DNA from: Longimicrobiales bacterium | Lineage (GTDB): Bacteria; Gemmatimonadota; Gemmatimonadetes; Longimicrobiales; Gaopeijiaceae | Length of the DNA: 64,000 nucleotides | Assembly: GCA_965226375.1 (NCBI GenBank) | Contig: CBDDCX010000007.1 | Span: 352,001 to 416,000 of the forward strand | Direction: 5' to 3' | Notes under the pieces: generated by a model | Told to the model about the DNA's origin: nothing | Databases searched by the model: none | What the model saw: only the letters and a program-made list of their open reading frames with translations | Shown: one piece after another, positions 28,447 to 37,749 of the stretch | How the letters are laid out: the number at the start of each line of letters is the position of its first letter | Numbering within the stretch: the stretch's first letter is position 1 | Position numbers and translations under genes: made by a program

Positions 28447-30885
28447 ATGGACGAGATGAAGACCGATCCTGTTGACGTCCCCGAGCCCGTTCTGGAGATC
28501 GGAGACGAAGATATCGCTGACGGCGAGGTCCGGTCAGATCATGAGGGACCCGACGACGCGGACCTGGTGATCGCCGATGATCCTGAGGTCTCGGAGGACA
28601 CCGACGCCGAGACGGAGGACCGGGAAGAAGAGCTCGCTGACGTCGAGGATTTGGACGTAGAGGGCGAGACGGTGCCCGCAGACGGCGGGGTCGCGGTATC
28701 CGACACAGACGAGGCCGTTCCGGCGGCGGCCGTTCCGGCGGTGGCCGTTCCGGCGGTGGCCGACACGGGGGAGTCCGTTCCCGCGGTGGCCGTGGGGGCG
28801 ACCGCCATCCATTGGCTGGTACGGATTGCGGAGTGTGCCGGGCTCGAAGGCGAACGTCCGGACCTCCCCCCCGATGCGCCGGCCGTGGACGCCTGGCTCG
28901 TCGTGAGTCGCAACTACAAGGTCGACGACGAGCGACTCTGCGACATGGTGGCCGAGTATTTCCGCCTCGACGTGGTGGACTGCGCCGCACGTGACCCGAA
29001 CGCCGTCCTGCTGGTTCCCGAGCCGATGGCTCGCAAGCACAACATCTTCGCGCTCTACGAGACCGATCGGCACCTGTTGATCGCCACGTGTGATCCCACG
29101 GACGTGGAGGCCGAGAGGGCCCTGAGCTTCAGCACCGGCCGCACGACCATCTTCCAGGTCGCCGCGCCCAACAGCATTCAGGAAGCACTGGACGCTCGTT
29201 TCTCGCCGGAGCAGGCCATCGAGAGCCTCCTCGATACTCTCGAAGCCGAAGACGTCGACGAGGACGCGGTCAAGCTCGTAGAGGAGATGGGTCCGGAGTC
29301 CATCTCTTCCGAGGCTGCAGCGTCCACCCCGGTCGTGAAGCTCACCAACCTGGTCATCCGGGACGCCATAGTGCAGGGTGCTTCGGACATCCACATCGAG
29401 CCCGGGCGCAAGGTCGGGGCGATCCGGTTCAGAGTCGACGGCGTGTTGCGCAAGCACATGGACCTCCCCATGGCAGCCATGAACCGAGTGATCTCTCGCG
29501 TGAAGATCCTCGCCAAGATGGACATCGCCGATAGGCTGCGCCCGCAGGACGGCAAGGCTCGCGTGCGCATCCACAACCTGGCGTACGACTTGCGGGTTTC
29601 CACGATCCCTGCGGGCGTTGCCGAGAAGTGTGTCATCCGGGTCCTGGATTCCAACGTTTCCCAGACCCTCGAGGATCTCGGAATCCCGGCCTACGAACTA
29701 GACCGCTTAAGGCAACTCATGAACCTGCGCGAGGGCATCATTCTGGTCACGGGTCCGACGGGATCGGGAAAAACGACGACGCTCTACGGAGCGCTTCGGG
29801 AGAAGGCTGACGGCAAGGTCAACATCATGACCGTCGAAGACCCCATCGAGTACGAGTTGCCGCAGATCACTCAGACTCAGGTGGAGACCAAACAGGGTGT
29901 CACGTTCGGACGTGCCTTGCGGGCCATCCTGAGGCAGGACCCCGACGTGATCCTGGTCGGCGAGATCCGCGATCATGAGACGGCCGAGACGGCGACCCAT
30001 GCCGCGATGACGGGTCACCTCGTACTGGCGACCGTCCACGCCAACGACGCGGTCAGCGCCATCGCCCGGATGGCCGACATGGGGATACCGTACAGCACGA
30101 TCTCGTCCACTCTCCGCGGGTCCATCGCCCAGCGACTCCTTCGCAAGGTGTGCTCAGCTTGTGCCGAGCCCGTCCGGGGCAAACTCACTCCTGAGGAGCA
30201 GCGTCTCACCGAGCAGAATGAGATAGAACCGGTGGTCAGGGCCGTGGGTTGCGCAGAGTGTGGCTTCACGGGTTACTCCGGCAGACTCCCGGTGAACGAG
30301 GTCATGATGGCTGGGCCCAGGCTTCAGGCGGCTATCGAGGCTCGAAAGGGGTGGCAAACGCTCCATCGTATCGCCCAACAGGGCGGGATGAGGAGCATGC
30401 ACCAGGTGGCTCTCGACTGGGTTACCCAAGGCAAGACGACCCTTGTGGAGGTGGAACGATCCCTAGGCGGTATGTCGGCCGAGGACGAAGTCCAGGAGGA
30501 CAAGGGGCCGGTTCGCGTTCTCGTGGTCGATGACGATGAAGAGGCCCGGCTCATGTACCACTCCATTCTGGAGACGGAGGGACATGTGGTGTCCATGGCC
30601 AAGGATGGGTTCGAGGCCTTGGACATGCTCAAGCTCGACCCGGACTACAATCTCGTCATCCTCGACCTGAGCATGCCGGGCCTGGATGGTCGAAAGGTCC
30701 TCGAGCGTATTCGGGGGAGCAAGGACACGGCGGCGATTCCAGTGCTGGTGAGTACCGCCTTCGGGAACGAGAGTGTAGAGAGAGAGCTCCTCGAGGCTGG
30801 CGCCGACGACTATCTCGAGAAGTCCGTCGACGCGCAACGGTTCATCGCCCGGGTCCGGGCGGTTCTTCGACGGGCCGTGATGTAG
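28447..30885 (+). CDS. PilB/GspE-family secretion ATPase with C-terminal receiver domain
   Basis: ASDIHIEP, GPTGSGKTTT, TVEDPIE, RQDPDVILVGEIRD, GHLVLATVH, CSAC/CAEC; REC VLVVDDD..LDLSMPGLDG..K. Confidence 0.9.
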   Translation: MDEMKTDPVDVPEPVLEIGDEDIADGEVRSDHEGPDDADLVIADDPEVSEDTDAETEDREEELADVEDLDVEGETVPADGGVAVSDTDEAVPAAAVPAVAVPAVADTGESVPAVAVGATAIHWLVRIAECAGLEGERPDLPPDAPAVDAWLVVSRNYKVDDERLCDMVAEYFRLDVVDCAARDPNAVLLVPEPMARKHNIFALYETDRHLLIATCDPTDVEAERALSFSTGRTTIFQVAAPNSIQEALDARFSPEQAIESLLDTLEAEDVDEDAVKLVEEMGPESISSEAAASTPVVKLTNLVIRDAIVQGASDIHIEPGRKVGAIRFRVDGVLRKHMDLPMAAMNRVISRVKILAKMDIADRLRPQDGKARVRIHNLAYDLRVSTIPAGVAEKCVIRVLDSNVSQTLEDLGIPAYELDRLRQLMNLREGIILVTGPTGSGKTTTLYGALREKADGKVNIMTVEDPIEYELPQITQTQVETKQGVTFGRALRAILRQDPDVILVGEIRDHETAETATHAAMTGHLVLATVHANDAVSAIARMADMGIPYSTISSTLRGSIAQRLLRKVCSACAEPVRGKLTPEEQRLTEQNEIEPVVRAVGCAECGFTGYSGRLPVNEVMMAGPRLQAAIEARKGWQTLHRIAQQGGMRSMHQVALDWVTQGKTTLVEVERSLGGMSAEDEVQEDKGPVRVLVVDDDEEARLMYHSILETEGHVVSMAKDGFEALDMLKLDPDYNLVILDLSMPGLDGRKVLERIRGSKDTAAIPVLVSTAFGNESVERELLEAGADDYLEKSVDAQRFIARVRAVLRRAVM
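28713..28762 (+). repeat. 15-bp in-frame tandem repeat (AVPAA/AVPAV)
   Basis: GGCCGTTCCGGCGG(C/T) three times plus a partial copy; a degenerate copy near 28773-28791. Confidence 0.9.
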
Positions 30886-30896
30886 ACCATTCGGGT

Positions 30897-30929
30897 CCGT
30901 CATGCCCGTGTAACGCCTCGATAACGACA
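30897..30929 (+). promoter_or_regulatory. Putative Pho box
   Basis: 11-bp phased repeats CCGTCAT-gccc-GTGTAAC-gcct-CGATAAC resemble the CTGTCAT-N4-CTGT(C/A)A(C/T) consensus. Confidence 0.5.
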
Positions 30930-31019
30930 CCCCTGATTGGTGACTAATCGGGTTGTTCCCCACCTCCGATCCTTCATGTTCGGTGCATCGATCATGGGCC
31001 CCAACACCGACGAGAAACG

Positions 31020-31421
31020 ATGACAAGAGTATTCAGGCTGGTCGCGGTGATCAACCTCTCGGTCGCGTTCGCGACCCCCCGGATGGTTCTGGGGCAGACG
31101 GAGATCCGCGCCCGGGCCGCGACGCTCACGATAGGTGGACGCCTTCAGATTCAAGCCGCGACTTCTTCCCATGGGGGTGCTCCCCCCTACGAGACCTTGC
31201 TCAGGCGGGCACGCTTCTTTTTCGGAATCGAGGTCACGGACTTCTTGGAGGGCCGGTTGCTCGCCGACTTTGCCAGAAACGACGCGGCCTGGCTCCTTAC
31301 TCCGGGTTTGTCATTCTTCGTCTCCGGGCGAAACAAGATTGGCACGAATCTCGACATCTATGTGCCCGAACAGGGTGGCTCCGACTTCTCGTTCAAGCGC
31401 CAGGCCTTCCTCTACTTCTGA
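31020..31421 (+). pseudogene. Internally deleted OprO/OprP-like porin
   Basis: Signal peptide, IGGRLQ..RRAR..ADFA (porin N-terminus) joined directly to C-terminal strands ending FKRQAFLYF; only 133 aa. Confidence 0.55.
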
Positions 31422-31626
31422 GCGAGGGTCGCCACGAGAACGAAGACGGGGTGTGGGTACGAGCCTAGGCGGGCTGACGAGTCGCTATTTGGCGCAGAGG
31501 ACGGCCCGACTTCTCACCCACCAGGGGACCCTCCGAGCGGTCGGTCCGGTAGATTGACAGGCGTGCCCCGAGCCTGCGAGGTTATTGGGCTTTGAAATTG
31601 CCACAACCCAAGGACTGACCGCTCCG

Positions 31627-33240
31627 ATGTTCAAATCCGTACGAGGCCGGCTCATCGTCATTTTGGCGCTGGTAGCCATGAGCATCGGCTATCTCATCAC
31701 CAACAAGATCAAACTCGGGCTCGACCTCCAGGGTGGTATGCACCTGGTTCTCGAGGTGGATGATCCCGAAGGAACGATGACGGCAGATGCCCGTTCCGAC
31801 GCCATCGACCGAGCAGAGCGCATTCTGCGCACCCGTATCGATGAATTCGGGGTGGCCGAGCCGCTCATCCAGAAGATCGGATCGGAGCGGATCGTCGTCG
31901 AGTTGCCGGGCAACGAGGACGAAGACCGAGCGAAGAACGTGATCCAGCAATCAGCGTTCCTCGAGTTCAAGCTCGTGGTTCCGGTCACCGAGCTCGAGCC
32001 GGCCCTTGCACGGATCGATAGGCAGATCGTCGCGGCCCTCGGGGTGGATGCGCTCCGTGAGATGGGTCGCGATACGGAGGGCCCGTCGCAGGATCTCCAG
32101 GACTTGATCTTTGCGAGTCCAGCCGATGCGGCTCAGACCGACACGACCAGCGAAGGGGATGAGGCCGTCGAGGAGGACCAGGCGGTCAACCTCAGACCGT
32201 TCACCGCGCTGCTTGCCTCGGGCGACGTGTTGGGAACGTATCTGGTCGCTCTCGAAGACGTTGAAACGGCGATGACCTTCCTTGCGCTGCCCGAGGTGCG
32301 GATTGCCATGCCCCGGGACATTTCGCTCCATTGGGAGACGGGGCCCATCGGAGTCGGAGCACGCACCTACAGGCGCCTCTACGTGACCGAAGAGGACGCC
32401 TTCATGACGGGTGAGCAGCTAGAGTCGGCGGTGGCCCAAAGGGATCCACAGTTCAACCAGGCTCAGGTGAGCTTTCAACTCAACAGGGCCGGCGGTCGGC
32501 GCTTCTCCCAATTCACGACGCAGCACGTGGGCGACAATATCGCCATCGTGCTCGACGGCGAGATCGTGAGTGCCCCGGTGGTGCGGGATCGTATCGGAGC
32601 GACCGGCGTGATCGAGATGGGCAACGCCGACATCGCCGAGGCCGCCGACCTCGCTCTGGTACTTCGGGCGGGTGCCTTACCGGCCAAGTTGAGGATCATG
32701 GAGGAGCGGACGGTGGGGCCCTCTCTGGGACAGGATTCGATCGACCGTGGCAAGATCGCCGGGATCATCGGTATGATCGGTGTCCTGATCGTCATGATCC
32801 TCTACTACAAGGTTGCCGGGATATTGGCGGTCATGGCGCTGGCGGTCTACACAATGTTGGTTCTCGGTGGCCTTGCGGCCATCGGAGCCACGTTGACTCT
32901 CCCGGGTATGGCGGGCCTGATCCTCTCGGTGGGCATGGCGGTGGATGCCAACGTCCTGATCTTCGAGCGGATTCGTGAGGAGTTGATCCTAGGACGCGCG
33001 ACGCGGACCGCGGTGGACGAGGGATTTGCGCACGCCCTGTCGGCCATCGTCGACGCGAACATCACGACGCTCATTACGGCGCTCATCCTCTTCCAGTTCG
33101 GTACGGGGCCCGTACGGGGCTTCGCCTTGACCCTGTCCATCGGAATCGTGGCGTCGTTCTTCTCGGCTCTCTACGTAACCCGGACCTTTTTCCTCATGTA
33201 CCTGTCGGGGAAGAAGGCTTCCGACCCGATCAGCATCTGA
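31627..33240 (+). CDS. secD: Protein translocase subunit SecD
   Basis: KLGLDLQGG, RIDEFGVAEP, LRAGALPA, VGPSLGQDSI, AVDANVLIFERIREE. Confidence 0.97.
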   Translation: MFKSVRGRLIVILALVAMSIGYLITNKIKLGLDLQGGMHLVLEVDDPEGTMTADARSDAIDRAERILRTRIDEFGVAEPLIQKIGSERIVVELPGNEDEDRAKNVIQQSAFLEFKLVVPVTELEPALARIDRQIVAALGVDALREMGRDTEGPSQDLQDLIFASPADAAQTDTTSEGDEAVEEDQAVNLRPFTALLASGDVLGTYLVALEDVETAMTFLALPEVRIAMPRDISLHWETGPIGVGARTYRRLYVTEEDAFMTGEQLESAVAQRDPQFNQAQVSFQLNRAGGRRFSQFTTQHVGDNIAIVLDGEIVSAPVVRDRIGATGVIEMGNADIAEAADLALVLRAGALPAKLRIMEERTVGPSLGQDSIDRGKIAGIIGMIGVLIVMILYYKVAGILAVMALAVYTMLVLGGLAAIGATLTLPGMAGLILSVGMAVDANVLIFERIREELILGRATRTAVDEGFAHALSAIVDANITTLITALILFQFGTGPVRGFALTLSIGIVASFFSALYVTRTFFLMYLSGKKASDPISI

Positions 33241-33251
33241 GACTGCAATCA

Positions 33252-34208
33252 ATGCGACTGTTCAACCAAGCTGACTATCCCTTCATCGAGTGGCGCCGTA
33301 AGGCCTATGCGGTGTCTGTTGCGATCATCCTCACGGGGATCGCGGCGATGGTCTTGAATGTCTTCGCCATCGGAAATTGGCAGAACTATGGCGTCGACTT
33401 CACCGGCGGGTCACTGATCCAGGTCCAATTCCGGGAGTCTACGACGGCGGCCCAGCTTCGGGCGGCGCTCGGGGGCTCTCAGGCGCCCCCCATCACCCGC
33501 TTTGGCGAGGAGAACGAGTTCGTGATCCGGGCCCCTCTGGGTGAGGAAGAGGTGGACGTGGTTCGGGCACGGGTGGAGGACCAGCTCGTCACCGCGTTCG
33601 GGAGTGACGAGTTCGACGTGGTCCGGACCGAGACGGTGGGGCCCAAGATCGGTGCGGAGCTGGAGCAGAAGGCATTGTTGGCCATTTTGTTCTCCTTTCT
33701 CCTGACGCTCATCTATCTGGCCATCCGTTTCGAGCTCCGCTTCGGCTTGGCGGCAGTCATCGCGACGGCCCACGATATTATGGTCACGCTGGGTTTCTTA
33801 GCCCTGTTCCGGATCGAGATCGCGCTGCCCACGGTGGCTGCGATTCTCACCATCGTGGGGTATTCGCTGAACGACACCATCGTGGTGTTCGATCGCATCC
33901 GAGAGAACCTGAACGCCAAGGGTGGACGGCGTGAGGATCCGGTGGTCTTGGTCGATCGCTCCATCAACGAGACGCTGCCGCGCACGGTGCTTACCTCCGG
34001 CACCACCTTGGCCGTGCTGTCGGCGCTGCTCATTGTGGGTGGTGCTGTGATCCGCGACTTCACGCTGGTGCTCATGTTGGGTGTCGTGATCGGGACGTAC
34101 TCGTCGATCTTCGTGGCGTCACCGGCCCTCTTGGAGATCCAGAAGCGGTTCGGAGACGGGTCTGCCCGTCGCGATCGTAAGGCGAAGAGGGCTGCGGCTA
34201 CCGGGTAG
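33252..34208 (+). CDS. secF: Protein translocase subunit SecF
   Basis: GVDFTGG, VGPKIGAEL, GYSLNDTIVVFDRIRE, GTYSSIFVA. Confidence 0.97.
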   Translation: MRLFNQADYPFIEWRRKAYAVSVAIILTGIAAMVLNVFAIGNWQNYGVDFTGGSLIQVQFRESTTAAQLRAALGGSQAPPITRFGEENEFVIRAPLGEEEVDVVRARVEDQLVTAFGSDEFDVVRTETVGPKIGAELEQKALLAILFSFLLTLIYLAIRFELRFGLAAVIATAHDIMVTLGFLALFRIEIALPTVAAILTIVGYSLNDTIVVFDRIRENLNAKGGRREDPVVLVDRSINETLPRTVLTSGTTLAVLSALLIVGGAVIRDFTLVLMLGVVIGTYSSIFVASPALLEIQKRFGDGSARRDRKAKRAAATG

Positions 34209-34211
34209 CCC

Positions 34212-34976
34212 GTGTTCGACAGCCACTGCCACCTGACCGACGGCCGCTTCGAGGAAGATCGGGCGGCCGTCGTCGCTGAAGCTCGCGAAGCCGGGGTCGC
34301 GCGCCTCGTCACCATCGCGTCGAATCTGGAAGATGCCCGTGCGGCCGCGGAGTTGGCCGCGGAGCATGACGGCATCTGGTCCACGGCGGGAGTGCACCCT
34401 CATGAGGTGTCCGAGGCGCAGGAGGAAGACCTGCAGGGAGTACGGGAGTTGGCAACGAGTCGGCCCGAGGTCGTGGCCATCGGTGAAACCGGCCTGGACT
34501 TCTTCTACGATCACTCCCCCCGGGATCTGCAGCGAAGGTGGTTCGAGGCGCAGCTCGAACTCGCTCACGAACTGGATCTGCCGCTGGTGATCCACAGCCG
34601 TGAGGCCGAAGACGACACCATTGCGCTGATCCGGAATGCTCCGCGTTCCACCCGGATGGTACTCCACTGCTTCACGGGGAGTATGCGTCTTCTGGAGGCC
34701 GGCCTCGACGTCGGCTGTTATGTGTCCTTTTCAGGCATCGTCTCCTTTGCCAAATTCGACGGCCACGAGGCCGTGAGGACGGTACCGGGCGATCGCGTGT
34801 TGGCCGAGACGGACTCGCCGTATCTGGCCCCCGTGCCACACCGCGGCAAGCGCAACGAGCCGGCGTTCGTCGCGAGAGTGATCGAGTCACTGGCCAGGAT
34901 TCGCTGCGAGAGGGTCGAAGCCGTCATTGCTGCCACGACCGCCAACGCGAACCGGTTCTACGCGCTCGAGTCGTAG
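34212..34976 (+). CDS. tatD: TatD family nuclease
   Basis: DSHCH, GVHPH, IGETGLD, IHSR, LHCF, ETDSPYLAP. Confidence 0.93.
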   Translation: MFDSHCHLTDGRFEEDRAAVVAEAREAGVARLVTIASNLEDARAAAELAAEHDGIWSTAGVHPHEVSEAQEEDLQGVRELATSRPEVVAIGETGLDFFYDHSPRDLQRRWFEAQLELAHELDLPLVIHSREAEDDTIALIRNAPRSTRMVLHCFTGSMRLLEAGLDVGCYVSFSGIVSFAKFDGHEAVRTVPGDRVLAETDSPYLAPVPHRGKRNEPAFVARVIESLARIRCERVEAVIAATTANANRFYALES

Positions 34977-34986
34977 GGGGAGCGTA

Positions 34987-36753
34987 ATGCCACGCACCAT
35001 CGAGGTTCTGCCAGACATAGTCGCGAACCAGATCGCCGCCGGCGAAGTGGTGGAGCGGCCCGCGTCGGTCGTCAAGGAGCTCGTGGAGAACGCGTTGGAC
35101 GCCCGGGCCACCCGTGTCGATATCGATCTCGAGCGGGGGGGCAAGCGCCGTATCCGGGTTACCGACGACGGCGTGGGCATGACCCGGGAAGACGCGTTGC
35201 TCTCCCTGGACCGCCACGCCACGAGCAAGATCCGTGCGGCCGTCGATCTCCAGTCGGTTGTGACGTTCGGCTTCCGTGGCGAGGCTTTGCCGTCCATCGC
35301 CGCCGTCTCTCGCATGACGCTCGACACCAAGGATTCCGATGACGAGGTAGGGACTCGCGTTCGTGTGAAGGGCGGGACCATGAGTGGCGTCGATGACGCG
35401 CCAAGGCGCCGAGGGACCACGGTTGAAGTCGGGAACCTGTTCTTCAACGCTCCGGCGCGGTCTAAGTTCTTGAAGGCGGTGGCCGCCGAGACGCGGGCCG
35501 TGAGCGAGACGGTTACGGTTCTGGCGCTGGCGAACGCCTCGGTGGGCTTCACCCTCACCTCGGACGGGCGGACGCTTCTCGATCTGCCGCCGGCCAAGGA
35601 TCTCGCGGCCCGCGTGAGCGCCATCTGGGGCAGGGAAGTAGCGAGTACCCTCATCGCTTTGACTGCGCAGGACGACGGGATGTCGCTGCGCGGTCTCGTG
35701 CAACGACCCGACGCGGCCAAGAGTGGGCTGCGCAGAGCCAACCTTTTCGTGAATGGGCGCCCCTTCCGGAGTCGCTCTCTCATGGCGGCGTTGGACCGCG
35801 GCTACCGCACCACGATCTCTGAGAAGGTGCGGCCGTGGGTATTTCTGTACCTGCAGATGCCTCCTGGAACGGTGGACATGAACGTCCACCCGGCCAAGGC
35901 CGAGGTGCGGTTCAGGTCGGCTGCCGCTGTGGAGGCGTTCGTGGAGAATGCGGTGCGGGAAAGTCTGACCGCGGAAGCCAGTGCGGCCACCCTCGACACG
36001 CAGCTCGCGCCGCCTCGCATGGCCGTCCATGAGCCCGCCCGGGTCTCTGGGGGGTCGGATCCACGGGATGCGGGGAGTCAGACGGCCCTGTTCCTTTCGG
36101 CCGATGCGATGGACGACGAGGGGGACGGAGGCGTGGGCCAGGCCGGAGCCGCGCAGATCAGCCCGGCGCCGTTCGTGGAGGAGCGCCCGCGCCTCTGGCA
36201 GGTTCTCAACATGTACGTGCTCGCGGAGACCCGAGAGGGCCTCATCATCATCGATCAGCACTCTGCCCACGAGCGTATACTCTTCGAGCGCCTCATGGAT
36301 GCCTTCGAAGAGGGAGGCCAGACGGGCCAGCGACTTCTCTTTCCTCTGACCGTTCGGCTCTCCAAGGCCGAGTTCCAGGAGGCCGAGACCCTGACCGGCA
36401 TGCTCAACCGCGTGGGCTTCGAGGTCGAGGGCTTCGGCGGCAACACGATCATCGTGCACGCAGTCCCCGATCCTCATCCGTACTTCGATCCCCAACGCTG
36501 TTTCCGCGAGATGATGGAGGAGTTGGTCCAGGGCTCCGATCTCACACAGGCGGCAAAGAACCAGCACGAGAAAATCGCCATGATGTTCGCGTGCAAGGGG
36601 GCCATTAAGGCAGGTCAGAAGCTGAACGAACGCGAAATGCAGGAGCTCTTCGATCAGCTCTTCGCGACCGAGCTTCCGTACCATGACGTGCACGGCCGCC
36701 CGACCATCGTGCGACTCGGGAAGGACGAGCTGGAGCGCAAGTTCGGCCGGTAG
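34987..36753 (+). CDS. mutL: DNA mismatch repair protein MutL
   Basis: NQIAAGEVVERPASVVKELVEN, GFRGEAL, NVHPAK, DQHSAHERILFE, ACK, HGRP. Confidence 0.97.
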   Translation: MPRTIEVLPDIVANQIAAGEVVERPASVVKELVENALDARATRVDIDLERGGKRRIRVTDDGVGMTREDALLSLDRHATSKIRAAVDLQSVVTFGFRGEALPSIAAVSRMTLDTKDSDDEVGTRVRVKGGTMSGVDDAPRRRGTTVEVGNLFFNAPARSKFLKAVAAETRAVSETVTVLALANASVGFTLTSDGRTLLDLPPAKDLAARVSAIWGREVASTLIALTAQDDGMSLRGLVQRPDAAKSGLRRANLFVNGRPFRSRSLMAALDRGYRTTISEKVRPWVFLYLQMPPGTVDMNVHPAKAEVRFRSAAAVEAFVENAVRESLTAEASAATLDTQLAPPRMAVHEPARVSGGSDPRDAGSQTALFLSADAMDDEGDGGVGQAGAAQISPAPFVEERPRLWQVLNMYVLAETREGLIIIDQHSAHERILFERLMDAFEEGGQTGQRLLFPLTVRLSKAEFQEAETLTGMLNRVGFEVEGFGGNTIIVHAVPDPHPYFDPQRCFREMMEELVQGSDLTQAAKNQHEKIAMMFACKGAIKAGQKLNEREMQELFDQLFATELPYHDVHGRPTIVRLGKDELERKFGR

Positions 36754-36776
36754 ACTACTCCCTCGACAGGCCTGTA

Positions 36777-37715
36777 ATGGATTTCTTGGCGATCACTGGT
36801 CCAACCACATCGGGTAAGACCGCCCTTTCCATGCAGGTAGCCCAAGCCCTCGACGCCGAGATGGTGTGTATGGACTCCCGTCAGGTCTATAGGGGCATGG
36901 ACATCGGGACCGACAAGGCGTCTGCGGAACTCCGGGGGCGTGTGCCCCACCACGGTCTCGACACCCGCAATCCCGACGAGACCTACAGCGCGGGACAGTT
37001 CGGGCGGGAAGCACGCGTCTGGATTTCCGAGATTCGGGCCCGGGGACGTGTACCTCTGCTAGTGGGTGGCACCGGCTTTTTTCTGAAGGCTCTCGTGGAC
37101 CCGATGTTCCGTGAACCGGTCATGGAACCGGCGCGCCTCGGTGCGTTGCGCGCACATCTAGCGACCCTTCCGCGGGCGGAGCTCGTGCGCTGGGTGGAAG
37201 AGCTCGACCCCGACCGCACTAGGGTTGCCACCGAGGGAGGGCCCCATCGCCTCGGGAGGACTCTGGAGGTGGCGCTCCTTACCGGGCGTCCCTTGAGCTG
37301 GTGGCACACCCAAGGGCCCCCGGACCAGGAGCCGCTCGTGGGGGTCGTCGTGATCTTGGAGATGCCCCGCGAGGAACTGGACCGCCGTATAGACGCCCGG
37401 GTAACTCGGATGGCGGAAGAGGGCCTGGTCGCTGAGGTGGAGCGGCTGCTACAGGAGGGGTACGGGCTCGATGACCCGGGAATGACGGGAACCGGTTACC
37501 GCGAAGTCGCCGCGTTTCTGGCCGGGGATACGAGCCTGGACGAGGCCCTCGATCGAATGAGGTCCCAGACCAGGAAGTATGCTCGTAGGCAGCTCACATG
37601 GTTTCGACGTCAGGTACCGGATGACGTGGTCCGTATAGACGCGCTCCAGCCTGTGCCGGACCAGGCTGCACAGGTACTGGAGGCGTGGCAGCTCGCAACG
37701 GTGGCAACGGGATGA
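36777..37715 (+). CDS. miaA: tRNA dimethylallyltransferase
   Basis: GPTTSGKT, DSRQVYRGMDIGTDK, VGGTG, YARRQLTWFR. Confidence 0.96.
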   Translation: MDFLAITGPTTSGKTALSMQVAQALDAEMVCMDSRQVYRGMDIGTDKASAELRGRVPHHGLDTRNPDETYSAGQFGREARVWISEIRARGRVPLLVGGTGFFLKALVDPMFREPVMEPARLGALRAHLATLPRAELVRWVEELDPDRTRVATEGGPHRLGRTLEVALLTGRPLSWWHTQGPPDQEPLVGVVVILEMPREELDRRIDARVTRMAEEGLVAEVERLLQEGYGLDDPGMTGTGYREVAAFLAGDTSLDEALDRMRSQTRKYARRQLTWFRRQVPDDVVRIDALQPVPDQAAQVLEAWQLATVATG

Positions 37716-37749
37716 GGGGGGATGGGCCCGTGAACGGAGTGCAGCGCAC

